Under the pieces are notes generated by a model, which was not told where the DNA came from, made no database searches, and saw only the letters and a program-made list of their open reading frames with translations. The position numbers and the translations under genes were made by a program. Of a stretch of DNA of 64,000 bases, positions 10,177 to 19,314 are shown in pieces (the stretch's first letter is position 1; the number at the start of each line of letters is the position of its first letter). The DNA is from an uncultured Gammaproteobacteria bacterium (GTDB lineage Bacteria > Patescibacteriota > Patescibacteriia > Patescibacteriales > BS150m-G62). Location of the stretch: the NCBI GenBank assembly GCA_964569045.1, contig CAZMSR010000005.1, positions 152-64,151 of the forward strand, written 5' to 3'.

Positions 10177-10333
10177 GGACTGTCGCCAAACTCGCTTCAC
10201 CCATAAATTGTTAATTTTGGCTAAATTTTTTTCAAATTTTTTTGGCTTACCTTAGGGTAGGCCTCAAAAATTATTCAAAAAATTTAGCCAAAATTTCCAA
10301 ATTTATGAATTAAAGCGAGTTTGGCGACAGTCC
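10177..10333. repeat. 157-bp near-perfect palindrome (long hairpin-forming inverted repeat)
   Basis: The arms begin ggactgtcgccaaactcgctt and end aagcgagtttggcgacagtcc (21/21). Further matched blocks are cataaatt and attttggctaaatttttt. The centre is tacc-ttag-ggta. Confidence 0.75.
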
Positions 10334-10370
10334 CATAATTGAAAAATGCTTAATATGAGCAAGATTTTTT

Positions 10371-12314
10371 ATGTCTAAAAAAGGTAGTAAACCTAAAGAG
10401 TCGATAAAAATTAAATTAATTGCAAGTTTGTTTATTGCTGTTGTTATTACGGCTGCTATGTCTAGTTATTTTAGTTATACAGGCTCAAGATCTGTTTTAA
10501 GTAATCAGATTATGACTGATTTGGTTATGCTTTCAGAGGCAAAAGAAGGGCATATAATGGAATTTTTGGAAGGTGCTAAAAAGAGAGTTATTGATTTTTC
10601 TTCAGATGGATTTATTCGTGATAGTGTTTTTAAAATTAATGAATCACAAGATGCTTTTGTTGTTAAAGAATTGAGTAACTATTTAGTAAAAAATAAAAAG
10701 TCATTAGATAGTGCAATACTTGGTATTAATATAATCAACAAAGATGGAGAGGTAATTGCTTCAACTGATGTGAATGAAATAGGAAGAAGAAAGGGGTTTG
10801 TGAAAAATGAAAAAAATAAAATCGCTATAGCGGAGTATTTGGAAAAGCACAAAGGTAGTGGTAAATATGAAGAATGGGGTGGAGTAATCGGAGATGAATA
10901 TTATGTTGGGGCTTTAAAGTTAGGTTATGGTGAGGTGTTTCTTGGCGATGTTTCACGTACACATCATTTTGGATACAAGGATGTTGTTTTCCCTGTATCG
11001 GCTCCTTTGATTAGTAAACATACAAGTGAAGCAATTGGGGTAATTGTAAGTTATATTCATATTAAAGATTTGAATTCTGTTGTAAATGGAGTTAGACAGG
11101 ATAATTTTGAAAAAACAGATTCATCTAACTTATTAAATAATGGTAAAACTAATATTTATTTGGTTAATGAGCAAAGGTTATTAATTACTCAGCCTAGGAA
11201 TAGTTTGGATGGTGCAATTTTAAATCAAAAAGTGGATACAAATGAGGTAAGAGATTGTATTTTAAAAAAACAAGGGCACCGGGGTGAATATGTTAATTAT
11301 AAGGGGGATGTTGTTGTTGGTGCTGTAAATTGTTTAAAAAATAATAATTGGATTTTAGTTACTGAAGTAAATAAACAAATTGCTTTGCGTGGAATAGAAA
11401 AAATAAAGCAAGATGTATTGATTGCAACACTTTTTATTTTATTTTTTGTATTTTTAGTTGCTTATGCGTTAATCAGAAGAATCGTGGACCCATTAGAGGA
11501 GCTAGTAAAAGCTGTTACAAAGATAAAAAAAGGAAGTTATAATTTGAATTTAAAAGTAAGAACAAATGATGAACTTGGTGAACTAGTTGAAGCATTTAAT
11601 GGTTTGGCACAGGTCATTAGATCACGTGCACAGGAGAAAAATGTTTTTATCACTTCTGCTTCTCATCAGTTTAGAACACCTATTTCAAAAGTTCAGCTTG
11701 AATTAGAGCTTTTAAAAAGAGCCATACAAACTAATAAAACAAAGAAAGAAATTCTTTTGTTAGTTAAACAAGCTGATGATTCTAATTCAAAAACTAGAGA
11801 CATAATTAATGATTTATTTAAAATTTTGGAACTTGGTGATGAGTATGAGGCTGCAAGATTAGTTAAAATAGATGTTAATGAGTTAATTTTAAGTGTGATT
11901 CAGTCGTTTAGTCAAAAGATAAAGAAGAAAAGAATTAATATGTTGGTTGAAATTCCTAGAAAACTATCTATATGTGCAAATTTATCAAATATTAAAATTG
12001 TATTTTTAAAGTTGTTGGATAATGCAATTACATATTCAAAAAGAGGTGGCAAAATAGAAATAAAGGCCCGCAAGGTCGATGGGCAGATTTTGTTTCAAGT
12101 TATTGATTTTGGGATAGGTATTCCTGAGGCTGAGCAAATAAATGTGTTTGATAAATTTTTTCGTGCTAAAAATGCGTATAGTGTGAAAAATGTAGGATCA
12201 GGCTTAAGCTTATCAATTGTTAAAAATATTATTGAAGGTCATAAAGGTAGAATAATGTTTGAATCACGCACAAACAAGGGAACGACTTTTTATTTTTCTT
12301 TACCTCAGAAATAA
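10371..12314 (+). CDS. Sensor histidine kinase (TM, Cache-like domain, TM, HAMP, HisKA, HATPase)
   Basis: 647 aa. H-box SHQFRTPIS, N box LLDNAITYS, and G boxes DFGIGIP and GSGLSLSIVK. Two TM segments flank a ~300-aa extracytoplasmic domain. Confidence 0.85.
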   Translation: MSKKGSKPKESIKIKLIASLFIAVVITAAMSSYFSYTGSRSVLSNQIMTDLVMLSEAKEGHIMEFLEGAKKRVIDFSSDGFIRDSVFKINESQDAFVVKELSNYLVKNKKSLDSAILGINIINKDGEVIASTDVNEIGRRKGFVKNEKNKIAIAEYLEKHKGSGKYEEWGGVIGDEYYVGALKLGYGEVFLGDVSRTHHFGYKDVVFPVSAPLISKHTSEAIGVIVSYIHIKDLNSVVNGVRQDNFEKTDSSNLLNNGKTNIYLVNEQRLLITQPRNSLDGAILNQKVDTNEVRDCILKKQGHRGEYVNYKGDVVVGAVNCLKNNNWILVTEVNKQIALRGIEKIKQDVLIATLFILFFVFLVAYALIRRIVDPLEELVKAVTKIKKGSYNLNLKVRTNDELGELVEAFNGLAQVIRSRAQEKNVFITSASHQFRTPISKVQLELELLKRAIQTNKTKKEILLLVKQADDSNSKTRDIINDLFKILELGDEYEAARLVKIDVNELILSVIQSFSQKIKKKRINMLVEIPRKLSICANLSNIKIVFLKLLDNAITYSKRGGKIEIKARKVDGQILFQVIDFGIGIPEAEQINVFDKFFRAKNAYSVKNVGSGLSLSIVKNIIEGHKGRIMFESRTNKGTTFYFSLPQK

Positions 12315-12392
12315 AAATAAATGCATTAAATGCAGTGATTAACTGATTACGTAATATTATTAGTATAAGTTAAATGAATTTATAAAATAAAT

Positions 12393-12962
12393 ATGATTAC
12401 TATAGTTGGTTTGGGTAACCCAGGAGTTAAATATAAAAAAACAAGGCATAATGTTGGCTTTATGGCAACTGACCATCTTGCTCAAATGTATGATGTTCTA
12501 TTTAATATGGAAAAGAAATTTAAAGCAATGTCTGCTAGATTGCCTTTTGCTACTTTGTTAAAACCAGAAACTTATATGAATAATTCCGGAGAAAGCGTGA
12601 GGGCATTTTTAGCTTATTATAAACAAATCCCTAAGAAGTATGGTGTTTTAAAACAAAAAGATGTAGATTTTTCTGACAAATTAGTTGTAATCCATGATGA
12701 TTTAGACATAGAATTGGGTGAATACAAAGTGTCAATGGATTCCAGATCCGGGGGTCACAAAGGTGTTGAGTCTATTATTTTACATCTCAAAACTAAAAAG
12801 TTTAAGCGAATACGAATTGGTATTAAACCTTTTGACAATAAAATAGAAATAAAAAATTATGTGCTAGAGAAATTTTCCCCAAACGAACTATCTAAAATAA
12901 ATGTTATAATAAAAAAAGTAATTAAAAATGAATTAGATTTTATAAATATTCTAAATTCATGA
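12393..12962 (+). CDS. pth: Peptidyl-tRNA hydrolase
   Basis: 189 aa. N-terminus reads IVGLGNPGVKYKKTRHNVGF. Normal length, and it ends on TGA. Confidence 0.95.
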   Translation: MITIVGLGNPGVKYKKTRHNVGFMATDHLAQMYDVLFNMEKKFKAMSARLPFATLLKPETYMNNSGESVRAFLAYYKQIPKKYGVLKQKDVDFSDKLVVIHDDLDIELGEYKVSMDSRSGGHKGVESIILHLKTKKFKRIRIGIKPFDNKIEIKNYVLEKFSPNELSKINVIIKKVIKNELDFINILNS

Positions 12963-12974
12963 AATAAATTACCC

Positions 12975-15206
12975 ATGCCTAAAAAAATAAAATTAATTTT
13001 TTCTCCATTCAGTTTTTTAATTGCGCATTTTATTTTGATTGGTTTATTTTTTTCTGAGAATATTTTAAATATTACTTATAGTGATTCTTTTTTGTATTCT
13101 CTTTTGAATATTTTGGTTGGTGGTCTTGCTCTTTATATATCTTATTTTTCATACTTTGCTTACAAGAGGAGTAAGATTATTCAGATGTTTGTAGTATCGA
13201 TAAGTTTTTTTGTCATTGGTGCTTCATGTTTAGTATATGTTCTTTCTGGGCCTGACTTTTATTTTTTAGGTATATTGAAAATAGTTTTTTCTTTAGCTAA
13301 AGATTATGGATTATTTATTGGCTCCTTTTTTCTATTATTTTTATTATTACCACTTGAGAGATATGAAAAAAAGATTTATAACCATAAGTTAGAGATTTTT
13401 TTAGGAATAATAGTGGCTTATTCTTTAATTTTGCTTTCACTGGTTGTTAAACCTGAGTACGCATTATTTTTGCAGGAGTTATCAAATCTTTTTTTAGGGT
13501 TTGCTTGTATTTTTTTATTCTTAATATTTATTTTTTTATTTCATCAATATCGTGAGTTAAAGTCAGTATTTTTATTGAATTTACTAGTGGGTGTAATTTT
13601 TTTAACGAGTTCTATAATAATATCATTTTTTTATGTTCAAAATAGTTTGTTTTGGTGGTATGGGCATTTTTCTGTACTTGTTGGCTTTATATTTGTGATT
13701 ATAGGTTTTATTAAGGCTCAGAAGAGTAAAAACGGTTATTTAATAGTAGTTGGAGAAATGCCAATTTATTCAAGAATTGGAACTAAACTTTTGGGTAGTT
13801 TTTTACTTGTGGCTGCTTTATCAGTACTTTTAACAGGTTATTTTAGTTTTACTACCGCTAAAAATTCTTTAAGTGCTCAAGTTCAAAGTAATCTTGATTT
13901 TAATTCAAAAGCAAAAGAGGCAGAAGTTATTAATTTTTTAGAATCAAGTAAGGCTGATGTATTAAATTTTTCGCGCAGTATTTCTAGTCAGATAAACGAG
14001 GGACAGATTAGTTATGATCAAAATAATGTGGAATTATTTAAAGGTTTTTTAAAAAATAGAATCCCTTACTACAAAACTGAGATTTTAAGTAGTGACGGGC
14101 AAGTTATTTGGTCATCTGACGGTAAGAGCGATGGCGATAGTAGAAAGAATTGGAGTTATTATAATATTGTTAAGAATTTTGAGATTGGTGAAGCATATTT
14201 AAGCGATGTTTTTTTGACTAATGGAATGCCAACTTTAGTTGCTATAACTAAAATAGATACAGGTAAAATAAAAAATAATTATGATATATTAGTTGGCTAT
14301 CTTGACGCTAAAATATTAAACTCTGTTTTATCCGGATCTTATGATAGTCAGATATTAAGACAAGGAGCGTATGATTCAATGAGTAGGTATGATGTTTATT
14401 TAGTTAACAGGTCAAATTATATTATATCTGAAACTAAGTTTTTTAAAGATTTGGTTTTAAAGCAAAAAAATATAACAAGGCCTGTGGTTCGTTGTAAGTA
14501 TGGTGATAGGGTTGTCGGTGAGTATAGTGATTATCGTAAAGTGCGCGTGGTCGGTGCTTCTAATTGTTTGCCCAATGGCTGGACCCTTTTAACTGAGATA
14601 TCTGTTGATGAGGTGTATTCTAGTTTGGAGATTATTAAAATTAAAATATTATTAGCCTCTTTGGCTATTGTTGTTTTTGTTTTTGTTTTAGTATATAGCC
14701 TAATTAAGAGAATAACAGAGCCGATTCAAGAATTATCACGAGTTACAAGAAAAGTATCAGATGGTGATTATAGTGAGAAAGTAAAAGTTGAAGGTAGGAG
14801 CGAAATCGGTATGCTAGCTAAGAGTTTTAATATTATGACAAAGAATATAGTAAAGGCAAATAAATCATTAAAGGAGCAATATAGCGAGTTAAAGAAAACA
14901 TCAAACGCCTTAAAGGAATCTAAAAACCATTTAGAGGAGAAAGTAAAGGAAAGAACTCTTGAATTGGAAGAAGCAAAAGCGTATCTCGAGGACAAGGTTG
15001 ATGAAAGAACGCAAGAATTAAAAATTTTGAATGAGAATTTAGAAGAAGAGGTTGTTAAAAGAACAATAGAATTAAAAGAGAAATTAGCTGAGTTAGAAAG
15101 ATTTAATAAACTGGCTGTTGGTCGTGAATTAAAAATGATTGAATTAAAAAATGAATTAAAAGACTTAAAAAAGAAAAATCGCGTAAAAAATAAAAAGAAA
15201 AAATGA
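12975..15206 (+). CDS. Multi-TM sensor protein (polytopic N-terminus, Cache-like domain, HAMP, coiled coil) with no kinase core
   Basis: 743 aa. ~8 hydrophobic helices, and an extracytoplasmic domain paralogous to that of 10371..12314 (YLVN...VVGA.NCL..W.L.TE). HAMP is followed by RTxEL heptad repeats and the GRELKMIELKNE motif. Confidence 0.7.
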   Translation: MPKKIKLIFSPFSFLIAHFILIGLFFSENILNITYSDSFLYSLLNILVGGLALYISYFSYFAYKRSKIIQMFVVSISFFVIGASCLVYVLSGPDFYFLGILKIVFSLAKDYGLFIGSFFLLFLLLPLERYEKKIYNHKLEIFLGIIVAYSLILLSLVVKPEYALFLQELSNLFLGFACIFLFLIFIFLFHQYRELKSVFLLNLLVGVIFLTSSIIISFFYVQNSLFWWYGHFSVLVGFIFVIIGFIKAQKSKNGYLIVVGEMPIYSRIGTKLLGSFLLVAALSVLLTGYFSFTTAKNSLSAQVQSNLDFNSKAKEAEVINFLESSKADVLNFSRSISSQINEGQISYDQNNVELFKGFLKNRIPYYKTEILSSDGQVIWSSDGKSDGDSRKNWSYYNIVKNFEIGEAYLSDVFLTNGMPTLVAITKIDTGKIKNNYDILVGYLDAKILNSVLSGSYDSQILRQGAYDSMSRYDVYLVNRSNYIISETKFFKDLVLKQKNITRPVVRCKYGDRVVGEYSDYRKVRVVGASNCLPNGWTLLTEISVDEVYSSLEIIKIKILLASLAIVVFVFVLVYSLIKRITEPIQELSRVTRKVSDGDYSEKVKVEGRSEIGMLAKSFNIMTKNIVKANKSLKEQYSELKKTSNALKESKNHLEEKVKERTLELEEAKAYLEDKVDERTQELKILNENLEEEVVKRTIELKEKLAELERFNKLAVGRELKMIELKNELKDLKKKNRVKNKKKK

Positions 15207-16999
15207 AAAAAAACAGTATAAGTAAAGTGAGAAAAAGAGCTTTAACAAAAAAGGATGTGTTAAAAATGGAAAAGCTAGCATTAGCCAATATTTTAGAAGA
15301 TGTTCAAGAAGACAGAAAAGAAGTTGAAGAGCAGAGACTAGCTATTCTTAATATATTGGAAGATGTTAATGTTGCCAGAGATGAATTGCAGCAAAAGTAT
15401 AAAGAGCTTGAAGCTATTAGTCAATTAACACGTAGCCTTGGCTTGAGCTTGGAGCTTGATTCTGTAATGCATAGCACGGGAATTGCTATTAATGATATAT
15501 TGCCCGGTGCAGTGGTCGCTTTTTTAATAGCGCCGCTCGATGCTAATTATTTAGATGAAAATGTTCATATTTATTCCAAAGATCCGGTAGGAAAAGAGAA
15601 TTTAAAATATATTAAAAAAAAGATAAAATCTTTGCTTAAAAAAGAAAAGAAAAGCAAAATATATAAAAATAATATTAATAATTTAAAATTTGAGTTTCTT
15701 TATATTGATGATAATTATAAATTTGAAGAAAAACTTAAATCAGAAGTTCATTTGCCCATTGAAATATCTAATGAAAAAATTGGATTTATAAGCATATTCT
15801 TTTCTGGTAGAAAAGTAATACCAAAAAAACAATTAAGTACAATTAATACAATAGTAAGCAATGTAACACAAACAATAGAAAGATTACGTATTTTAGTTAG
15901 CTCTGAGTATTCCAGATTTTCAAATTTAGTTGATTCTATGAGCAATGGAGTTTTAATGTTTGATTTAAATAGAAGAGTTATATTGGCTAATCCAAAAGCA
16001 GAGGAAATTATTGGGAAAAAGCAAAGTAAGATTACTTTTAAAAACTTTTTAAAGCAATTAAGAGGTATTAAAAAAACTTTTGCCCAAGATCCTGATATTA
16101 AGGATAAAAAGAAAGATGTTGATTTAGGCGAAGTTATTAATCAAGTTGTTAAAAACAACGAACCAGCTGTTTTTCAGGATGTAACTATTAATAGAAGAAC
16201 ATTTGAAATTTTTATTACTCCTATACGAGATTTTAGACGAGAGATAGCCGGTGGTGCGATTATCTTGCATGATATAACTTATTTGAAAGAAATATCTCAG
16301 CTAAAAAGTGAATTTGTATCAGTAGCTTCTCATCAATTAAGAACACCTTTAACTTCAATTAGGTTATTCACGGAAATGCTTCTAGATGAATCAGTTGGAA
16401 AGATAAATCAAGATCAAAAAGAATATGTTGGAAGTATGTATAAATCTGCTTTGGTAATGATTCAGTTGGTTAATAATTTGTTGAATTTATCTAGGATAGA
16501 GGCCGGCAAACTAGAGATTAATTTAAAACCAACAGATATAGAAGCCTTGATTTTAGATATTATTAAAGAAACCGATGCTTTGGCGCGTGAGAGAAACTGT
16601 TTAGTAAAATTTAAAAAAAGTAAGTTTATTTTAAAAAAGCAATTAACAGATTCAAATTTATTAAGGCAAGCGATACATAATTTAATTACAAATGCAATAA
16701 GATATTCAGAGCCTGATAAGTGTGGTATAATAGTAAGTCTATTATCTAAAAATGATATGTTTCAAGTAAGTATAAAAGATTCCGGCATAGGTATTCCAAA
16801 GAAAATACATGATCGAATATTTACTAAATTTTTTAGAGCAGATAATGCTGTTAAGATTGCTACTGATGGTAATGGTCTTGGGCTTTATATAGCTAAGACA
16901 ATAATAGATGGGCTAAAAGGAGAGATAAAATTTAAGTCAGAAGAAAACAAAGGTACAACATTTTATATTCGTCTGCCAATTAACGAAGTAAATAGTTAA
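15203..16999 (+). CDS. Soluble histidine kinase (LNILED coiled-coil repeats, GAF/PAS-like region, HisKA, HATPase)
   Basis: 598 aa. H-box SHQLRTPLTSI, ITNAIRYS, DSGIGIP and GNGLGLYIAK. The start overlaps the upstream stop as ATGA. Confidence 0.85.
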   Translation: MKKNSISKVRKRALTKKDVLKMEKLALANILEDVQEDRKEVEEQRLAILNILEDVNVARDELQQKYKELEAISQLTRSLGLSLELDSVMHSTGIAINDILPGAVVAFLIAPLDANYLDENVHIYSKDPVGKENLKYIKKKIKSLLKKEKKSKIYKNNINNLKFEFLYIDDNYKFEEKLKSEVHLPIEISNEKIGFISIFFSGRKVIPKKQLSTINTIVSNVTQTIERLRILVSSEYSRFSNLVDSMSNGVLMFDLNRRVILANPKAEEIIGKKQSKITFKNFLKQLRGIKKTFAQDPDIKDKKKDVDLGEVINQVVKNNEPAVFQDVTINRRTFEIFITPIRDFRREIAGGAIILHDITYLKEISQLKSEFVSVASHQLRTPLTSIRLFTEMLLDESVGKINQDQKEYVGSMYKSALVMIQLVNNLLNLSRIEAGKLEINLKPTDIEALILDIIKETDALARERNCLVKFKKSKFILKKQLTDSNLLRQAIHNLITNAIRYSEPDKCGIIVSLLSKNDMFQVSIKDSGIGIPKKIHDRIFTKFFRADNAVKIATDGNGLGLYIAKTIIDGLKGEIKFKSEENKGTTFYIRLPINEVNS

Positions 17000-17078
17000 T
17001 AAATTAAAATTGACATTTATTTGATAAGCAGAATATAATTAATTAATAGGTTTTTATTTGTAATAGTTAATTTTATTT

Positions 17079-17504
17079 ATGGCAGAAGCTACACAAGAAA
17101 AAAAAGAAGAGAAAGAATCAAAAATTAAAATTTTTATTGGCGAAGATGACAAGTTTATATCTCGTGCATATCAAGATGGTTTTAAAAGGGCTGGTTTTGA
17201 GGTGCATACAGGGTTTGATGGTAATGAAGTTATCGCTAAGATTAAAGAAAATAAACCAGATTTATTACTTCTTGATTTAATAATGCCTCAAAAGAATGGT
17301 TTTGAGGTTCTTGGTGAAATTAAAATGAATAAGGAATTAGCTAAAATTCCTATTATTGTTTTATCGAATTTAGGGCAGGATTCTGATGTTGAGAGAGCGA
17401 AAGAGTTAGGGGCTTATGATTATTTAATAAAAGCTAATTTTTCAATGAAAGAGGTGGTTGAAAAAATAAAAGAGGTATTAATTAAGCTAAAAATTATTAA
17501 GTGA
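17079..17504 (+). CDS. Single-domain response regulator (CheY-like receiver)
   Basis: 141 aa. Acidic pocket EDD, phospho-acceptor context LLLLDLIMP, and a conserved K in YLIKA. No output domain. Confidence 0.85.
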   Translation: MAEATQEKKEEKESKIKIFIGEDDKFISRAYQDGFKRAGFEVHTGFDGNEVIAKIKENKPDLLLLDLIMPQKNGFEVLGEIKMNKELAKIPIIVLSNLGQDSDVERAKELGAYDYLIKANFSMKEVVEKIKEVLIKLKIIK

Positions 17505-19192
17505 AAATAACTAATGAAAAGCTAAAAGAATTATTAGTTGGACCTGGTCATATTAAGGAGGAGGTTTTTTTGTCTATTATTAATGAGGCTGAAAATAATA
17601 AAAAAAATGTTGTTGATATATTGGTAGCTAAAGATTTTATAAAAGATGAGCAAATTGGGCGTTTAATAGCAGAGGACGCCAACTATTCTTTTGTTAATTT
17701 ACGAAATGAAAAGATAGATGATGATCTTCTGGATTTGATCCCTGAGAATGTGGCTCGCACAAGAGGTGTTATTGTTTTTGGAAAAAAGGATAATGTTGTT
17801 CGAGCTGGCATGCTTAATATGGAAGATTTAGAAACTAAGCATATGGTTGAAAAAAAATCAGGATGTAAAGTAAAATCTTATTTTGTTACAGAATATGATT
17901 TTAAAAATGCTTTAGCTAGATATAAGGCTAATATTAAAGTAGCTTTTAATCGTCTTTTAGAAAAATTTGCAAGTTCTGAATCAACATCTACGGAAAAAGA
18001 TCAAGCTATAGTGGATATTGTAGATTCTATGCTTTTGTATGGATATCAAAACAAGGCTTCGGATATTCATATTGAGCCTTATGATGAAAAGGTTTTAGTG
18101 CGTTTTAGAATAGACGGAATTATGCATGATGTTCTAGAGGTGCCTCAAGATTTGTCTGATTTGATTTTAACTAGGCTTAAAATTATGTCTAAGATGAGGA
18201 CTGACCAGCATAGAGCGGCTTTGGATGGAAAATTAAAATTTAAGGCTCAAGATGAAGAGGTTGATGTTCGTGTTTCTATTGTGCCGGTTACAGAAGGTGA
18301 AAACGTGGTAATGCGTTTGCTTTCTTCTCAGTCACGGCAATATAGTTTAACGGATTTGGGCATGCTTGATCATGATTTAAAAAAGGTTAAGCGAACGATT
18401 AAAAATCCACATGGAATGATAGTGGTAACAGGACCAACCGGTTCTGGTAAAACCACAACTGTTTATGCCGTTATGAAGATTTTGAATACTCGAGATGTGC
18501 ATATTTCTACTATTGAGGATCCGGTTGAATATGATATTGAAGGAATTTCGCAAATTCAAGTTAATCAAAAGACCGGCTTAACTTTTGCTAAGGGTTTAAA
18601 AGCAATAGTGCGTCAAGATCCTGATATAGTTATGGTTGGTGAGGTTCGTGATGAAGAAACATCTAATATTGCTGTTAATGCTGCTATGACCGGTCACTTG
18701 GTTTTAACTACACTTCATGCTAATGATGCAGCAACAACACTTCCTCGTTTAATTGATATGGATGTTGAGCCTTATTTAGTAGCTTCTACTGTGAATGTTA
18801 TTATAGCGCAAAGATTGGTTCGCAAGATATGCCCTAAATGTAAGGCTTCAACAAAAATAGACGAAGATACTTTAAGAATTATTGACATGAACCCTTCTAT
18901 TAAGGAGATGTTAAAGAAAAAAGGTTATGAAGATTTAAAAAAGGTTTATATTTATAAAGGAAAAGGTTGCGCGTTATGTCATAATAAGGGCGTAGTTGGT
19001 AGACTTGGTATATTTGAAGTTATGGAAATGAATGAGAAAATAAAAGATTTAGTAATGAAAAAGAAAAATGCAGATGAAATTACTAAAATGGCTCGTGAAA
19101 CAGGCATGAGTAGTCTTTTAGAAGATGGCGTTGAAAAGGTACTAAGCGGCATGACAACAATGGAAGAAGTTATTAGGGTGACTAAGGAGTAG
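17501..19192 (+). CDS. pilB: Type IV pilus assembly ATPase (GspE/PilB family)
   Basis: 563 aa. Walker A GPTGSGKTTT, Asp/His boxes, and a tetracysteine CPKC...CALC. The GTG start overlaps the receiver's stop (GTGA). Confidence 0.9.
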   Translation: MKITNEKLKELLVGPGHIKEEVFLSIINEAENNKKNVVDILVAKDFIKDEQIGRLIAEDANYSFVNLRNEKIDDDLLDLIPENVARTRGVIVFGKKDNVVRAGMLNMEDLETKHMVEKKSGCKVKSYFVTEYDFKNALARYKANIKVAFNRLLEKFASSESTSTEKDQAIVDIVDSMLLYGYQNKASDIHIEPYDEKVLVRFRIDGIMHDVLEVPQDLSDLILTRLKIMSKMRTDQHRAALDGKLKFKAQDEEVDVRVSIVPVTEGENVVMRLLSSQSRQYSLTDLGMLDHDLKKVKRTIKNPHGMIVVTGPTGSGKTTTVYAVMKILNTRDVHISTIEDPVEYDIEGISQIQVNQKTGLTFAKGLKAIVRQDPDIVMVGEVRDEETSNIAVNAAMTGHLVLTTLHANDAATTLPRLIDMDVEPYLVASTVNVIIAQRLVRKICPKCKASTKIDEDTLRIIDMNPSIKEMLKKKGYEDLKKVYIYKGKGCALCHNKGVVGRLGIFEVMEMNEKIKDLVMKKKNADEITKMARETGMSSLLEDGVEKVLSGMTTMEEVIRVTKE

Positions 19193-19314
19193 GGATTAAT
19201 GGTTCTAATTAACATGAAGTTAAAAATTACAGAATTTTATAAAAAAAGCTTAAAAAATTATTTTTAAAGAATTCCTATAATTATTTACGCAAAAATTAAA
19301 TTAATTTTTTTTTA

